Shown piece by piece: positions 8,157 through 17,617 of a stretch of DNA of 24,000 nucleotides (the stretch's first letter is position 1; every line of letters starts with the position of its first letter). The notes under the pieces were generated by a model. That model was not told where the DNA came from and did no database searches. It saw only the letters and a program-made list of their open reading frames with translations. This DNA is from an uncultured Thiosulfatimonas sp. GTDB lineage: Bacteria; Pseudomonadota; Gammaproteobacteria; Thiomicrospirales; Thiomicrospiraceae. The stretch spans positions 14,749 through 38,748 of the forward strand of contig CAZJPO010000001.1 in assembly GCA_964547865.1 (NCBI GenBank). Direction: 5' to 3'. Made by a program: the position numbers and the translations under genes.

Positions 8157-8570
8157 ATGATGAAAAAGACTTTATTTACAGGGTTACTGGCCATCAGCAT
8201 GGTCAGCGTATTAGGGGGATGCTCTTCAAAAGGCGACGTAATCCCACAGCCAGAACAAACAATGAATGATGTGTACTACAAGGCAATGGGAGGTTTTGGT
8301 GAAGCCAAGCTCATGGATCAGCGAAGTGTACTTCGTCGCTCAATGGTTGAATCCGATACGGATTACAGCAATTACGTGAGAACGGAATCTTCTCAACTGC
8401 AATCAAAGTTCTCTTTGCTGCCTAACCCAACAATGTTTATGTTTGTTGCACCACACTTGAGCACGGCTGATGGTGTACCAGTACCGGGCTATTTAACAGA
8501 ATTTAAGCTCTACACAAAAGACCACTATGCCCTACCGGGTGAAGTCAACCTTGATGTTGTAGGAGAATAG
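8157..8570 (+). CDS. Conjugative transfer region lipoprotein (TIGR03751-like)
   Basis: Starting at MMKKTLF gives a classic lipoprotein signal with lipobox LGGC (Cys22). The longer track ORF from 8019 would overlap the iscB 3' end. Syntenic position just before traC. Confidence 0.75.
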   Translation: MMKKTLFTGLLAISMVSVLGGCSSKGDVIPQPEQTMNDVYYKAMGGFGEAKLMDQRSVLRRSMVESDTDYSNYVRTESSQLQSKFSLLPNPTMFMFVAPHLSTADGVPVPGYLTEFKLYTKDHYALPGEVNLDVVGE

Positions 8571-8573
8571 CAA

Positions 8574-11513
8574 ATGGGTTTCCTTGACTTATTTGGCGGC
8601 AAAAAAATCGAAGCTGAAGAATCCAAAACGGAAGAAAAAAAACCTTCAGCACCTGAAGAGAAAAAACCTCTAAAGGATATTGAAGTAAAACGGATGTACG
8701 GCCAACCTAGCTCGTTCATTGACAAGCTTCCTTGGTATGAATACTTGCCTGAAGAGCAAACCATTCTTTTAGATGATGGTTTGTCGGTTGGTGCTGTATT
8801 TGAAGTGCTTCCTTTGCCAACCGAAGGACGATCAGAAGATTGGCTTGCGGATCAGCGCGACCAGATTGAAATGGCAATTAGCGATGCCTTTGATGAAGAG
8901 CCCAATTCACCTTGGATTATTCAGCAGTACACCTTTGATGATAACCAGCTGAAGAAGTTCATTGATAACTTACGCGCCTACCCTGACGATCACTGCCGCG
9001 ATAGCCAATACACTCAACAATGGCTTAATACGATGGAAAAGCACCTATACGGCATTTCAAAAGAAGGTGGTTTATTCATTGATGAAGAGGTGCTTGGAGG
9101 TATCCCTTGGGGCGGCAAGATGATTCGCACGATTGTCGTCGTCTATCGTCGGCTGCCAAAGGGTTGGAAACACCCTCAAGATTTAACGCCGTCAGAAGAT
9201 TTGAATGATGTGTGCGATAAATTCAAGAACGGTTTGCGTGAATGCAATATCAAATTAACTCGCTTGGGTGGTAAAGATTTCTACGAGTGGATGTTGATGT
9301 GGTTTAACCCAAACCCAGAAATGACACAAGGAAACAAAAAAGAGTTTCTAGAGTTAGCCTCCTATCCGGGTGATGAAGACCTGCCCTATGGAGATGATTT
9401 TTCTGAATCTCTATTCTTTTCCCTACCTGAATCCGATTCTGAGAAACAGGCTTGGATTTTTGATGATGTCTATCACCAGTGCATTCGCGTGAATAAACTG
9501 CGCCGTTCGCCAAAAATTGGCGCAATCACGGGTGAATCAAGCACCGGGGAAAAGGTTTCATCCTTAATGGATAAGATGCCTCCGGGAACTGTGTTTGTCT
9601 CGACTCTAATTGTCACACCTCAATCCGACGTGGAAATGCAGATTGACCGCATTGCACAAAAGTCTCGTGGTGAATCGACAGAGGCCACTTATGCTCGAAG
9701 AGACTGTGAAACAGCCAAAGAGATCATGTCATACCGCAAGAAGCTGTATCGCTCAACAATGGCGGTCTATATTCGCGCCAAGAGCGTAAAAGAACTCAAG
9801 CAGATGAACAACCAAGTTTGTGCGCTACTGACCTCTATTCAGCTACAACCTTACAAGACTGAAGATGATCCAGTCGGATTAAACTCTTACATTCTAAACC
9901 TGCCAATGGTTTATGAACCCAAAATGGATTTGAGTTTCAAAACATCCAGACCTATCTGGCTACAACACATGGCCAATATTTCGCCAATGTTCGGGCGCAA
10001 TCGCGGTACCGGTAATCCCGGCATGATTATGTTTAATCGTGGGGGAGAACCAATTACCGTTGACCCATTCTGCAAGGCTGACCGTCAAAAAAACGCACAC
10101 GGTGTTCTGCTTGGCCCTACAGGTGCAGGTAAATCTGCAACCTTGAACTACTGGTCGGCTCAAATTATGGCTATTCACCGCCCCCGCATGATTATTGTTG
10201 AAGCAGGTAACTCGTTTGGCTTGCTGGCAGAGCACTTTAGAGCCAACGGCTTAACCGTGAAAAGCGTTCAAATTAAACCCGGTGCAGGTGTTTCTTTAGC
10301 CCCGTTTCAGGATGTGCATCAACTGGTCGATTCTCAGGATGGACACAGAATTTCCGAAACAGATTTAATGCACTCCATTATTCATGTTATGAAAAAAGAG
10401 GGGATCTCAGAACACTTCGATACTTTAAGCGAAGAAGAGCAAACCCGTCTGCGCGAAAAGGCTACTATCACTTACTTATCAAAGCACAACCTCGATGCAG
10501 ACGAAGAAGAGGATGAAAACGACGATCTGGAAGACGATCAACGTGACATTCTTGGTGAAGCTGAAATTATCGCAACCCTAATGATTACTGGGGGTGAAAA
10601 GGAAGAGGTTAAACGACTGCTACGCTCAGACCGTCGAATGATTCGAGATGCAATTCTTATTGGAGCCAAGAAAGCTGTCAAAGAAGGCCGCACCACGCTG
10701 ACTGAAGACGTTGCATTTGGATTTAGTCAGATTTCGCACGATGAATCATATCCTGAGAAGAGTCGGGAAAGAGCCTTTGAAATGGGTGAATCCATCCGAA
10801 TGTACACAGACGGATTTGAAGGTGAACTGTTTAACAATGCTGCTGACGCATGGCCAGACGTTGACGTTACCATTGTGGACTTAGCAACGCTTGCAAAAGA
10901 GGGTTATCAAGCACAGCTTGCACTGGCTTACACCTCAATCATGCAGAACACCAATGCCTTGGCTGAAAAATACCAAAACTCAGGTCGTCAAATCGTCATG
11001 CTGACAGATGAGGCTCACTTGATTACGGTCAACCCTTTGCTATCCGCTTTCTCGGTCAAAATCGTCAAGATGTGGCGTAAATTGAACGCTTGGTACTGGT
11101 TGGCCACACAGAACTTGGAGGATTTCCCGAACGAATCCAAGAAAATCCTCAATATGTGTGAATGGCTCATAGCCTTGGTTGCACCTACTGAAGAAGTCGA
11201 GCAGCTAGCCAACTTCCGAAATGTATCTGAAGAACAGAAACGCTTAATGGTTTCAGCCAAAAAAGAGCAGCACAAGTATGTCGAAGGCACCATTCTGGCA
11301 GACAAAATCGAAACACTGTTCAGAAACGTACCACCATCACTCTACCTCTCTCTGGCCGGTACTGAAGGTTACGAAAAAGCCCAACGTGCAGAGTTGATGA
11401 AAAAGTACGGCATTACCAATTTGGAAGCTGCTGAATATGTGGCTGCACAGATTGACCATGCACGTGGCATTTCACCTAAGCCACCAGAACCTACAACGAG
11501 AAAAAGCGCATGA
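8574..11513 (+). CDS. traC: Conjugative transfer ATPase TraC (VirB4-like; PFL_4706 / TIGR03744-like)
   Basis: 979 aa. Walker A GPTGAGKS at nt 10113-10136. Walker-B-like IVMLTDEAH. ATGA overlap with the next gene. Confidence 0.88.
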   Translation: MGFLDLFGGKKIEAEESKTEEKKPSAPEEKKPLKDIEVKRMYGQPSSFIDKLPWYEYLPEEQTILLDDGLSVGAVFEVLPLPTEGRSEDWLADQRDQIEMAISDAFDEEPNSPWIIQQYTFDDNQLKKFIDNLRAYPDDHCRDSQYTQQWLNTMEKHLYGISKEGGLFIDEEVLGGIPWGGKMIRTIVVVYRRLPKGWKHPQDLTPSEDLNDVCDKFKNGLRECNIKLTRLGGKDFYEWMLMWFNPNPEMTQGNKKEFLELASYPGDEDLPYGDDFSESLFFSLPESDSEKQAWIFDDVYHQCIRVNKLRRSPKIGAITGESSTGEKVSSLMDKMPPGTVFVSTLIVTPQSDVEMQIDRIAQKSRGESTEATYARRDCETAKEIMSYRKKLYRSTMAVYIRAKSVKELKQMNNQVCALLTSIQLQPYKTEDDPVGLNSYILNLPMVYEPKMDLSFKTSRPIWLQHMANISPMFGRNRGTGNPGMIMFNRGGEPITVDPFCKADRQKNAHGVLLGPTGAGKSATLNYWSAQIMAIHRPRMIIVEAGNSFGLLAEHFRANGLTVKSVQIKPGAGVSLAPFQDVHQLVDSQDGHRISETDLMHSIIHVMKKEGISEHFDTLSEEEQTRLREKATITYLSKHNLDADEEEDENDDLEDDQRDILGEAEIIATLMITGGEKEEVKRLLRSDRRMIRDAILIGAKKAVKEGRTTLTEDVAFGFSQISHDESYPEKSRERAFEMGESIRMYTDGFEGELFNNAADAWPDVDVTIVDLATLAKEGYQAQLALAYTSIMQNTNALAEKYQNSGRQIVMLTDEAHLITVNPLLSAFSVKIVKMWRKLNAWYWLATQNLEDFPNESKKILNMCEWLIALVAPTEEVEQLANFRNVSEEQKRLMVSAKKEQHKYVEGTILADKIETLFRNVPPSLYLSLAGTEGYEKAQRAELMKKYGITNLEAAEYVAAQIDHARGISPKPPEPTTRKSA

Positions 11514-11965
11514 GAAAGTTAATGTTAGCGACCGCACTTCTTTCTCTGGCAAGCCCTGTCATGGCTGAAGAGAAGATCACCGATTTAAAGGTGTGGTTTG
11601 ACTCACAAAAAGCCCCTGTAAGCATTGATTATCAATTTTCGGATCAAACGACAATCAATCTGTATGACTATGCGGAGCACAAAGCCGCTGACAAGGCTTT
11701 AAACGACAACCTAAACATTGCCTACGGAAAAGATTTAAAAACCAATGAAGCAATGGCTAAAGAAGCCTTTCAGAGTTTTATCAACTCATCAGGCTATGAG
11801 GCTGTCCAGAAGAAGTATCAGGCTTTTGCTCATACCATTGAAACCTCTGAGAAATACCAGATTACCAAGGCTCCAACGGTTGTTATCAATGACAAATACA
11901 AAGTTGTCGGGGTGAATTCCATTTCGGAAGCCGTGAGAATCTTCAATTTGAAGGTGAACCCATGA
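11510..11965 (+). CDS. Periplasmic ICE protein, PFL_4709 (TIGR03757)-like
   Basis: Signal peptide (…SPVMA/EE). 151 aa. Coupled by ATGA overlaps on both sides. Syntenic position. Confidence 0.65.
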   Translation: MRKLMLATALLSLASPVMAEEKITDLKVWFDSQKAPVSIDYQFSDQTTINLYDYAEHKAADKALNDNLNIAYGKDLKTNEAMAKEAFQSFINSSGYEAVQKKYQAFAHTIETSEKYQITKAPTVVINDKYKVVGVNSISEAVRIFNLKVNP

Positions 11966-12951
11966 AAAAGGTACTACTCTCTCTATCAATATTGGCCGCC
12001 TGCACGAATGCTCAGGCAGAAGAAATTAATACCGTCGATGTTGTCAATAGAACGGTATCTGCAATGCTCAGTTGTGCCGATTATAAAGTTGTTGGACTTT
12101 GTTTTTGGTTGAAGTGTGGATGGACAGGGTGTTCAATCAGAACTTCACCAAAGATCAGTCATTACCTTCCTGACATTACTGTTCAAACCTATCGTGATGC
12201 TGAAGAACCACCTTGGAAGGAAACAGGAATCATGATGCAAGTTGCACAGTCGGATCATGATGGCTCTTTGATCTCTGCGATTCTTTCCACTATGGGTTCA
12301 GGTCTTGACGAGCTTGGGGGCGGGGGTGGCTCAGAAAATAAAGCTGCATCGCATTCCAATATGACTTTCACACTAACTGATTCTTATGGAAATCCAGCAA
12401 TTGCCGCTTATTCTGCACTGTCTGGCACAGGGTTTACGTGTAAGAGCAAGCTAACACCAATGTACCCATATTACATTTCCAATTTGGATACGGTTGCATG
12501 GCGTTTTGGCATTCCTGAAATGGTCTATCCACAGTCACTAAATCCATTTGGTTATTTACTTGGATCCAATAGTTATAACTGGGGTGGCTACTACCCTCGT
12601 ATTGGCCATGTCACAAATCACGATCTATTCAAGGAATCAGGATTGATTGCCTTTAGAAGTGCCCATTTCGTTTCCCGTACAGGGCAACCTCACGTTTACA
12701 AAACAATCAATCAAAGTAGATCGACGGGGTTTTGGCCACCGGGTCCAGTGACCACCACATCAGGTAAATGGCAAATGATTTCCCCTAAAAGAGAGGGAAG
12801 TTGTAGCACGTTACCAAGAAATATGTCCATTAGTGCGAGCGACGGCAAAAGTTCATACCGCAGCAATGATGGGAATCACGTCTGGAATCTATGGCGGAAA
12901 TATACTTGCTGCCAAAAAAAAGGTTCATGGATTGGCGACGTGAACTTCTAA
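11962..12951 (+). CDS. Periplasmic TraU-like ICE protein, PFL_4710 (TIGR03756)-like
   Basis: Signal peptide (…TNAQA/EE). Cys-rich N-terminal segment (CADYKVVGLCFWLKCGWTGC), typical of TraU-like proteins. 329 aa. Confidence 0.7.
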   Translation: MKKVLLSLSILAACTNAQAEEINTVDVVNRTVSAMLSCADYKVVGLCFWLKCGWTGCSIRTSPKISHYLPDITVQTYRDAEEPPWKETGIMMQVAQSDHDGSLISAILSTMGSGLDELGGGGGSENKAASHSNMTFTLTDSYGNPAIAAYSALSGTGFTCKSKLTPMYPYYISNLDTVAWRFGIPEMVYPQSLNPFGYLLGSNSYNWGGYYPRIGHVTNHDLFKESGLIAFRSAHFVSRTGQPHVYKTINQSRSTGFWPPGPVTTTSGKWQMISPKREGSCSTLPRNMSISASDGKSSYRSNDGNHVWNLWRKYTCCQKKGSWIGDVNF

Positions 12952-12969
12952 ATCGAATTGGAGAAATAA

Positions 12970-14310
12970 ATGAAGAAAAAATATTTAGCACTGGCCATTT
13001 CTATTCTGGTTAGCACCCAAGCTCAGGCAGAAGTTGAATCTCCACGCATGGCTACAGTTTACGGCTATGAAATAGGTGGAAGCACACTTCCATCTCAATT
13101 CACTCGTTATAACAATGCCGGAGCACTTGGACTAGGGGTTTCGTGGGATATGAATATTGGCTGCGGTACCTTTGATCCAAAAATCTCTGTATCCAATCAG
13201 CTAAACGGAATCACTGACGGCTTTAAATCTATGATGGGTAATATCGTCAATAGTGCAACCAGCGCAGTTGCATCATTGCCTGCACTGATTATCCAACGTG
13301 CTAATCCCGGTCTTTACGATCTGCTTCAGCAAGGTGTATTGCAAGGAAAACTCGATACCGATTTTGCTGAAACAAGCTGTGAAGATATGCAAAAAATCAT
13401 GATGGGAGAAACTGGGCTTCCTTGGGAACAAGCGAAAGCAGGTACCAAACAACAAGTTTGGGCACAATCTCAAAGCAGTTCTGGTGGCGATGCGGTCAAA
13501 GCGAAACAAGCCGTGGATAGCGCGAATGTCGGTAACGATGGTCGAGACTGGGTTTGTGGCCAAAAACGTGGTGGCACCGGTCAACAGAAGGTCAACACGA
13601 TTTATGATGTCGTGGTTGCTGGCTACAACATCTATCATCAACGAACAGATATTTGTGACAACGGCTCACCTACAGCGACTCAAAGACAAGATTCGGATCT
13701 TTACAAATACTGGACAACTGCGGATGCCGCAGGTGACTGGGTGACAGAAGTTGTGGGTGAAGTTAAGCTTCAAACCTGTGAAGGCTGCACCAAAATCGAA
13801 ACAGTACCCGGCCTATCACTCGAAGTTAAACACGAGAAAATTGCTAATGACATCCAAACTGAATTGGAATCAATTGTAAACGGTGCAACTCAAATGACTT
13901 GGCAGAACCTCAATAGAGTTTCTGCACCGCCTACGGTAGTGGTAACACCGGCACTCATCAATAGTATTCGTAAACGCACTCCGGGCGGACAAACGCGCCT
14001 GATTGAGGATATTTCTCGTGAAATTGCCTACGCAAGACTTGCTGAACAATCAAGATTAGCAATCCGTATGTTGCGTACCGGCCAAAAAGAACCAAACGTC
14101 GAGACTTTCCCTAATGCTTCAGAGCAAGTGGATAAGGTTGTCAACGTATTGCGTGAGAACATGGTTCTCATCAAAGAAGCGGCCTCTGATGTTAAGCCTA
14201 TTTCATCGAACACGATTAACAAAGTTCTGATTGATGAAGAGGACAATATGCAGAACGCTCGCCCAGTATTTAAGCCTGTTACAAAAACCAAAGATTTGGA
14301 GATCAAATAA
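12970..14310 (+). CDS. Periplasmic ICE protein, PFL_4711 (TIGR03755)-like
   Basis: GGAGA lies upstream. Signal peptide (…STQAQA/EV). 446 aa. Syntenic position. Confidence 0.7.
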   Translation: MKKKYLALAISILVSTQAQAEVESPRMATVYGYEIGGSTLPSQFTRYNNAGALGLGVSWDMNIGCGTFDPKISVSNQLNGITDGFKSMMGNIVNSATSAVASLPALIIQRANPGLYDLLQQGVLQGKLDTDFAETSCEDMQKIMMGETGLPWEQAKAGTKQQVWAQSQSSSGGDAVKAKQAVDSANVGNDGRDWVCGQKRGGTGQQKVNTIYDVVVAGYNIYHQRTDICDNGSPTATQRQDSDLYKYWTTADAAGDWVTEVVGEVKLQTCEGCTKIETVPGLSLEVKHEKIANDIQTELESIVNGATQMTWQNLNRVSAPPTVVVTPALINSIRKRTPGGQTRLIEDISREIAYARLAEQSRLAIRMLRTGQKEPNVETFPNASEQVDKVVNVLRENMVLIKEAASDVKPISSNTINKVLIDEEDNMQNARPVFKPVTKTKDLEIK

Positions 14311-14672
14311 TGTTCTCCCGAAAGATTCTTACTTACCTAGTTTTATCTTTGATTTTTGTGTTTATGGTTTCAACACTAATTACGGTGCTGGGAACCAAAG
14401 ACCTGAGTAATGTTTCTAAAATTGGCGAAACCGATTTTAGAACGACATTCTTGCCATATCGACTGGCCTTTTATGCAATTGTTTTGGCTGCTTGGAAGCC
14501 GATTGCACGTTTGCTCGCTAGACCAAGAATGCCTCGTGAAGACAGAACACCTGAAATAAACCAAAAGTGGGATGAATTAACACAGCTTCTGGTGAAGGGT
14601 TGGTGGAAAGTGGCATTATTCTTTGCTGTTTTTGAATTGCTTGCCATTCAGCAATTGGAGTTCTTGTCGTGA
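14310..14672 (+). CDS. Small ICE membrane protein (three predicted TM helices)
   Basis: TAATG overlap upstream and GTGA overlap downstream. Hydrophobic helices. No family recognised. Confidence 0.6.
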   Translation: MFSRKILTYLVLSLIFVFMVSTLITVLGTKDLSNVSKIGETDFRTTFLPYRLAFYAIVLAAWKPIARLLARPRMPREDRTPEINQKWDELTQLLVKGWWKVALFFAVFELLAIQQLEFLS

Positions 14673-16252
14673 TTGCCAATACGTTTCTTGATATTTACAC
14701 AATCATATTCTCTTGGCAGGTTTACGGGGCAATCTGGGATACCCTAAACGGTACGGGCTTGGCCTATATTCCTTTTATCGTTGCGATTATCAGCTCACTA
14801 CAACAGTCTTATGACCAATCGCCTAGTCGAATTGTTTCCACATTGGAATTCAATTTACTTGGGATGATTCTTGTTCTTATGTTGGTCGTCATTCCCTATG
14901 ACAATAACAATATCAGCCTGTCAGAAGTGAAATATTCCATTGCTTCTACATCCTGCCAAAACCCTGAGCAACTTGGCGACGGCGATAACACTGGAGAAAC
15001 CGCTGACGATGTTTTTGCTGATATGGCTGGGGGCGCACCAGTAAAAATTCCAATTGCATGGGCTTTAGTGGATTACTTCTCCAGTGCCATTACCTTCTCT
15101 GCAATTAAAGCAATGGGGTGCTCAAACGACTACAACGACGTTCTGGTTAAAGTCGGTAATGTTTCTATCGACGACCCAGCCATGCTTGGCCGTTTAAATG
15201 AGTTTAACAAGCGTTGTTATCGTCCCGCTCTTAAAGATTTAGAAGAGAATGGTATGCCAGCAGGTGCTGATAGAGACACTTTAAAACCTTGGGATGATCC
15301 AAGCTTTATTGGCTCAAACGTATTCTTGAACACCCCTGGTAGATTCTTTAATTCTGAAACCGCATACGTCCATCAAGCTCAAAGGTATGGTTTCACCTAT
15401 GACCCAACTCCGGGTTCTCTCGATGAAAAACATGACGAAGATACCTTTGGGGCGACAGTATCCTGTGCTGATCTCTGGAATGATCCAAATCACGGTTTAC
15501 GAAAAGACTTATTGGAATCCATCCAAGACACCAGTGAGGGCGATGACGCTTGGGATGACTGGGATGACTATGGAAGTGATCTTTATGGATCTAACATTGC
15601 CACCAATGCTGACAAAGAAGATTCGTTTATAAAAACTATTTTGGATGCAAATGCTGGTGGCTACAACGCTGTTGATGACATCGACATTACCAGTAGTAAC
15701 GGATCAGTGGATAAAAACATCGGACAAAAAATGCTAGATGGTGTTACTGATATTGTTGTTGGAGGAGCAGCAGCTATTTCAAATCTAGGTAATTTTTCAG
15801 AAATGTGGATGATGAAGAAAGCAATGAAGACTGCATTACCAATGCTCGTTTCTATGGCTCAGGCTTTGATTGTTATCCTTGCCCCTCTAGCAATGGTTTG
15901 GGGTATGTACAAGATGCAGAACTTTGTAATATTGGCTTTGGCGTACTTCGGTTTAGAATTTTTAAATGCTGTCTTAGGCATGGGGTTCTTCTTTGAAAAT
16001 AGAATTGTTGAGATGTCGAATGCAGCGATATTTGAAGGACCATTGGCTTCATTGGTGGTGTTTATAGTAAGTATTCTTCAAGTCATTGTATTGCCAATAA
16101 TTTGGTTATCGCTAATTGGAGCTACAGGAGCATCTGCCCTCCAGAGAATGGGAGGAAGTGTTACAGGTGGTCAAAAAGGTCAATTTGGAGGAAACCCTAA
16201 AGAAGCTTCCGATAATGTAAAAAGCGCAGGCCGCGAACCGGGTGGAAAATAG
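14669..16252 (+). CDS. traG: TraG-like polytopic membrane mating-pair protein (TraG N-terminal-domain type)
   Basis: GTG start overlaps the upstream stop. N-terminal TM helices, a large acidic periplasmic loop, C-terminal TM cluster and a Gly-rich tail. It is the last gene of the MPF_G block, as recalled for this family. Confidence 0.65.
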   Translation: MIANTFLDIYTIIFSWQVYGAIWDTLNGTGLAYIPFIVAIISSLQQSYDQSPSRIVSTLEFNLLGMILVLMLVVIPYDNNNISLSEVKYSIASTSCQNPEQLGDGDNTGETADDVFADMAGGAPVKIPIAWALVDYFSSAITFSAIKAMGCSNDYNDVLVKVGNVSIDDPAMLGRLNEFNKRCYRPALKDLEENGMPAGADRDTLKPWDDPSFIGSNVFLNTPGRFFNSETAYVHQAQRYGFTYDPTPGSLDEKHDEDTFGATVSCADLWNDPNHGLRKDLLESIQDTSEGDDAWDDWDDYGSDLYGSNIATNADKEDSFIKTILDANAGGYNAVDDIDITSSNGSVDKNIGQKMLDGVTDIVVGGAAAISNLGNFSEMWMMKKAMKTALPMLVSMAQALIVILAPLAMVWGMYKMQNFVILALAYFGLEFLNAVLGMGFFFENRIVEMSNAAIFEGPLASLVVFIVSILQVIVLPIIWLSLIGATGASALQRMGGSVTGGQKGQFGGNPKEASDNVKSAGREPGGK

Positions 16253-16288
16253 TTTTTTAAAAGCACCCAAAATTTTGCTTACATAACA

Positions 16289-16304
16289 GTAGCCTATGGG
16301 CTAC
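16289..16304. promoter_or_regulatory. Perfect inverted repeat GTAGCC-TATG-GGCTAC; candidate toxin-antitoxin (TA) operator
   Basis: 6-bp arms with a 4-nt spacer, immediately 5' of the preferred toxin start. TACAAT (16302-16307) overlaps the right arm as a possible -10. Confidence 0.35.
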
Positions 16305-16313
16305 AATGTACAA

Positions 16314-16634
16314 ATGAAATACAAAGTTCTCACTTCTACCCACTTTGATAAATGGCTTTTAAAGCAGAAAGATCGTCAAGCTGTAAGAGCCATTGCAATG
16401 CGAATTGCTAGAGCCGAACAGGGGAATTTTGGTGATTCCGAACCAGTTGGTGAAGGTGTCAGTGAGATGCGTATTTTCATAGGCAAGGGCTATCGAGTTT
16501 ACTATGCCGTTCAAGGCGACACAGTTGTTCTGCTCTTAAACGGCGGTATCAAAAGTAATAAAAAACAGCAACAAGAAGACATCTCGAAAGCAAAGCAGAT
16601 CCTAAAAGAGATCGGGGGAACCAATTATGACTGA
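16314..16634 (+). CDS. Type II toxin, RelE/ParE superfamily, HigB / Gp49-like addiction module killer protein (TIGR02683-like)
   Basis: FDKWL...GNFGDSEPVGEGVSEMRIFIGKGYRVYY...LLLNGGIKS..QQEDISKAK matches the recalled family signature. Alternative start at 16296. 8-nt overlap with the antitoxin. Confidence 0.8.
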   Translation: MKYKVLTSTHFDKWLLKQKDRQAVRAIAMRIARAEQGNFGDSEPVGEGVSEMRIFIGKGYRVYYAVQGDTVVLLLNGGIKSNKKQQQEDISKAKQILKEIGGTNYD

Positions 16635-16908
16635 AAAAACCAAACCATTTAATCCGTTTGATTACTTTGAAACACAAGAAGAAATCAACGCTTACTTGGA
16701 GGAATGTTTTAAAGATGAAGACCCGAATGTATTCGTCAATGCACTGGGGCACTTGGCGAAACATCACGGAATATCTGAGGTGTCAAAAGCCACTGGCTTA
16801 AACCGTGAAAGTCTTTACAAAACCTTCAGCGGTAAAGTCCAGCCTAAATGGGATACTATCGCAAGAGTCATGCGTGCATTGCACGTCGATCTAACTGTGG
16901 CTGCTTAA
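16627..16908 (+). CDS. Cognate HTH antitoxin (HI1420 / TIGR02684-like addiction module antidote protein)
   Basis: FNPFDYFETQEEINAYLEE...ATGLNRESLYKTFSG...PKWDTIARVMRALHVDL matches the recalled family pattern. It is the downstream partner in toxin-first (HigBA-like) order. Confidence 0.8.
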   Translation: MTEKTKPFNPFDYFETQEEINAYLEECFKDEDPNVFVNALGHLAKHHGISEVSKATGLNRESLYKTFSGKVQPKWDTIARVMRALHVDLTVAA

Positions 16909-17402
16909 AAATACCGGTCATTAATCCCACCATCGCCATGTTCTCCATGCAATGGATCTATTCGCCCCATAGGGGCTGTAAAAGAATGATTTCGACTATC
17001 ATCATTCGCTTCTTTAAATGTCTTATTGTCACCATCAAAAACCCGAACGAATACTTTAAAAACGCCAACAACAAGGTAAATAGCCAGAAAAACGACAAAC
17101 CCATAAATACGGGCTATCCAATTCTTTGAATGGATCATCTTCTTCAAAGAAGTTTCACTGTTATCTCTAGTAACCAGCAAAATCGTCAAACTGGAGAACA
17201 ATGAGATGAACAAGTATAAATTTGAAGTTGAACTGAAAAACTCAAATTCTCCGTATCTGGCCAAGCTGATAAAAGGCTCAACCACCACTAAACCAATACC
17301 AAACCACGCCAGTCCGCGCAACCATGATTTTCCCTTGTCACGAAAACCGTCAGGACCAACAATTGACCCTCTAATTGCTTTAGCTTTTTCCATTAGACTC
17401 AT
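16905..17402 (-). CDS. Hypothetical membrane protein (about 3 TM helices)
   Basis: GGAG lies 5 nt upstream of the ATG. Three hydrophobic helices. The stop codon overlaps the antitoxin stop convergently (TTAA at 16905-16908). No family recognised. Confidence 0.6.
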   Translation of the reverse strand: MSLMEKAKAIRGSIVGPDGFRDKGKSWLRGLAWFGIGLVVVEPFISLARYGEFEFFSSTSNLYLFISLFSSLTILLVTRDNSETSLKKMIHSKNWIARIYGFVVFLAIYLVVGVFKVFVRVFDGDNKTFKEANDDSRNHSFTAPMGRIDPLHGEHGDGGINDRYF

Positions 17403-17445
17403 GGCTACTCCGCTTAATTCTTAGGCAATGCCTTTAATTCTTTCT

Positions 17446-17497
17446 AGTCTAGTGTTTCTGACAGTTTTGCTCAAGTTTATCCACAATTTTTGTGGAT
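17446..17497 (-). promoter_or_regulatory. Candidate sigma70 promoter for the 165-aa membrane gene, plus an 8-bp perfect palindrome
   Basis: On the minus strand: TTGAGC (17474-17469), 17 nt, TAGACT (17451-17446). Palindrome ATCCACAA-TTT-TTGTGGAT at 17479-17497 lies just upstream of the -35. Confidence 0.35.
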
Positions 17498-17506
17498 TAT
17501 TTAGAT

Positions 17507-17546
17507 CAAAAAAAAGGCCGCAAACATCAAACTGATATTGGCGGCC
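17507..17546 (-). terminator. Rho-independent terminator ending the four-gene minus-strand operon
   Basis: On the minus strand: AGGCCGC...GCGGCCT stem (17514-17520 / 17540-17546; 19-nt loop) followed by T8 (the plus-strand A-run 17507-17514), about 70 nt after the stop of the 69-aa gene. Confidence 0.7.
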
Positions 17547-17617
17547 TAAACTTACTTACTACTACCTTCGGAGGAAATCAATCGAAGATGTTCGTATCTT
17601 CACACAAGCTTCAATAC

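Noticed and set aside
8590-8650. Homopolymeric A-runs (A7 at about 8593-8599 and A8-9 at about 8634-8642 in the traC 5' region, and A8 at about 12913-12920 in the TraU-like gene) as possible phase-variation switches.
   Set aside because: The reading frames are intact. The runs encode Lys-rich low-complexity segments (EEKKP repeats), and nothing in a single sequence indicates slippage. This cannot be assessed without population data.
16848-17129. A 93-aa plus-strand ORF overlapping the antitoxin 3' end and the minus-strand membrane gene.
   Set aside because: It is out of frame with the antitoxin and has no ribosome-binding site. The opposite-strand ORF has a ribosome-binding site, a promoter and clear TM helices.
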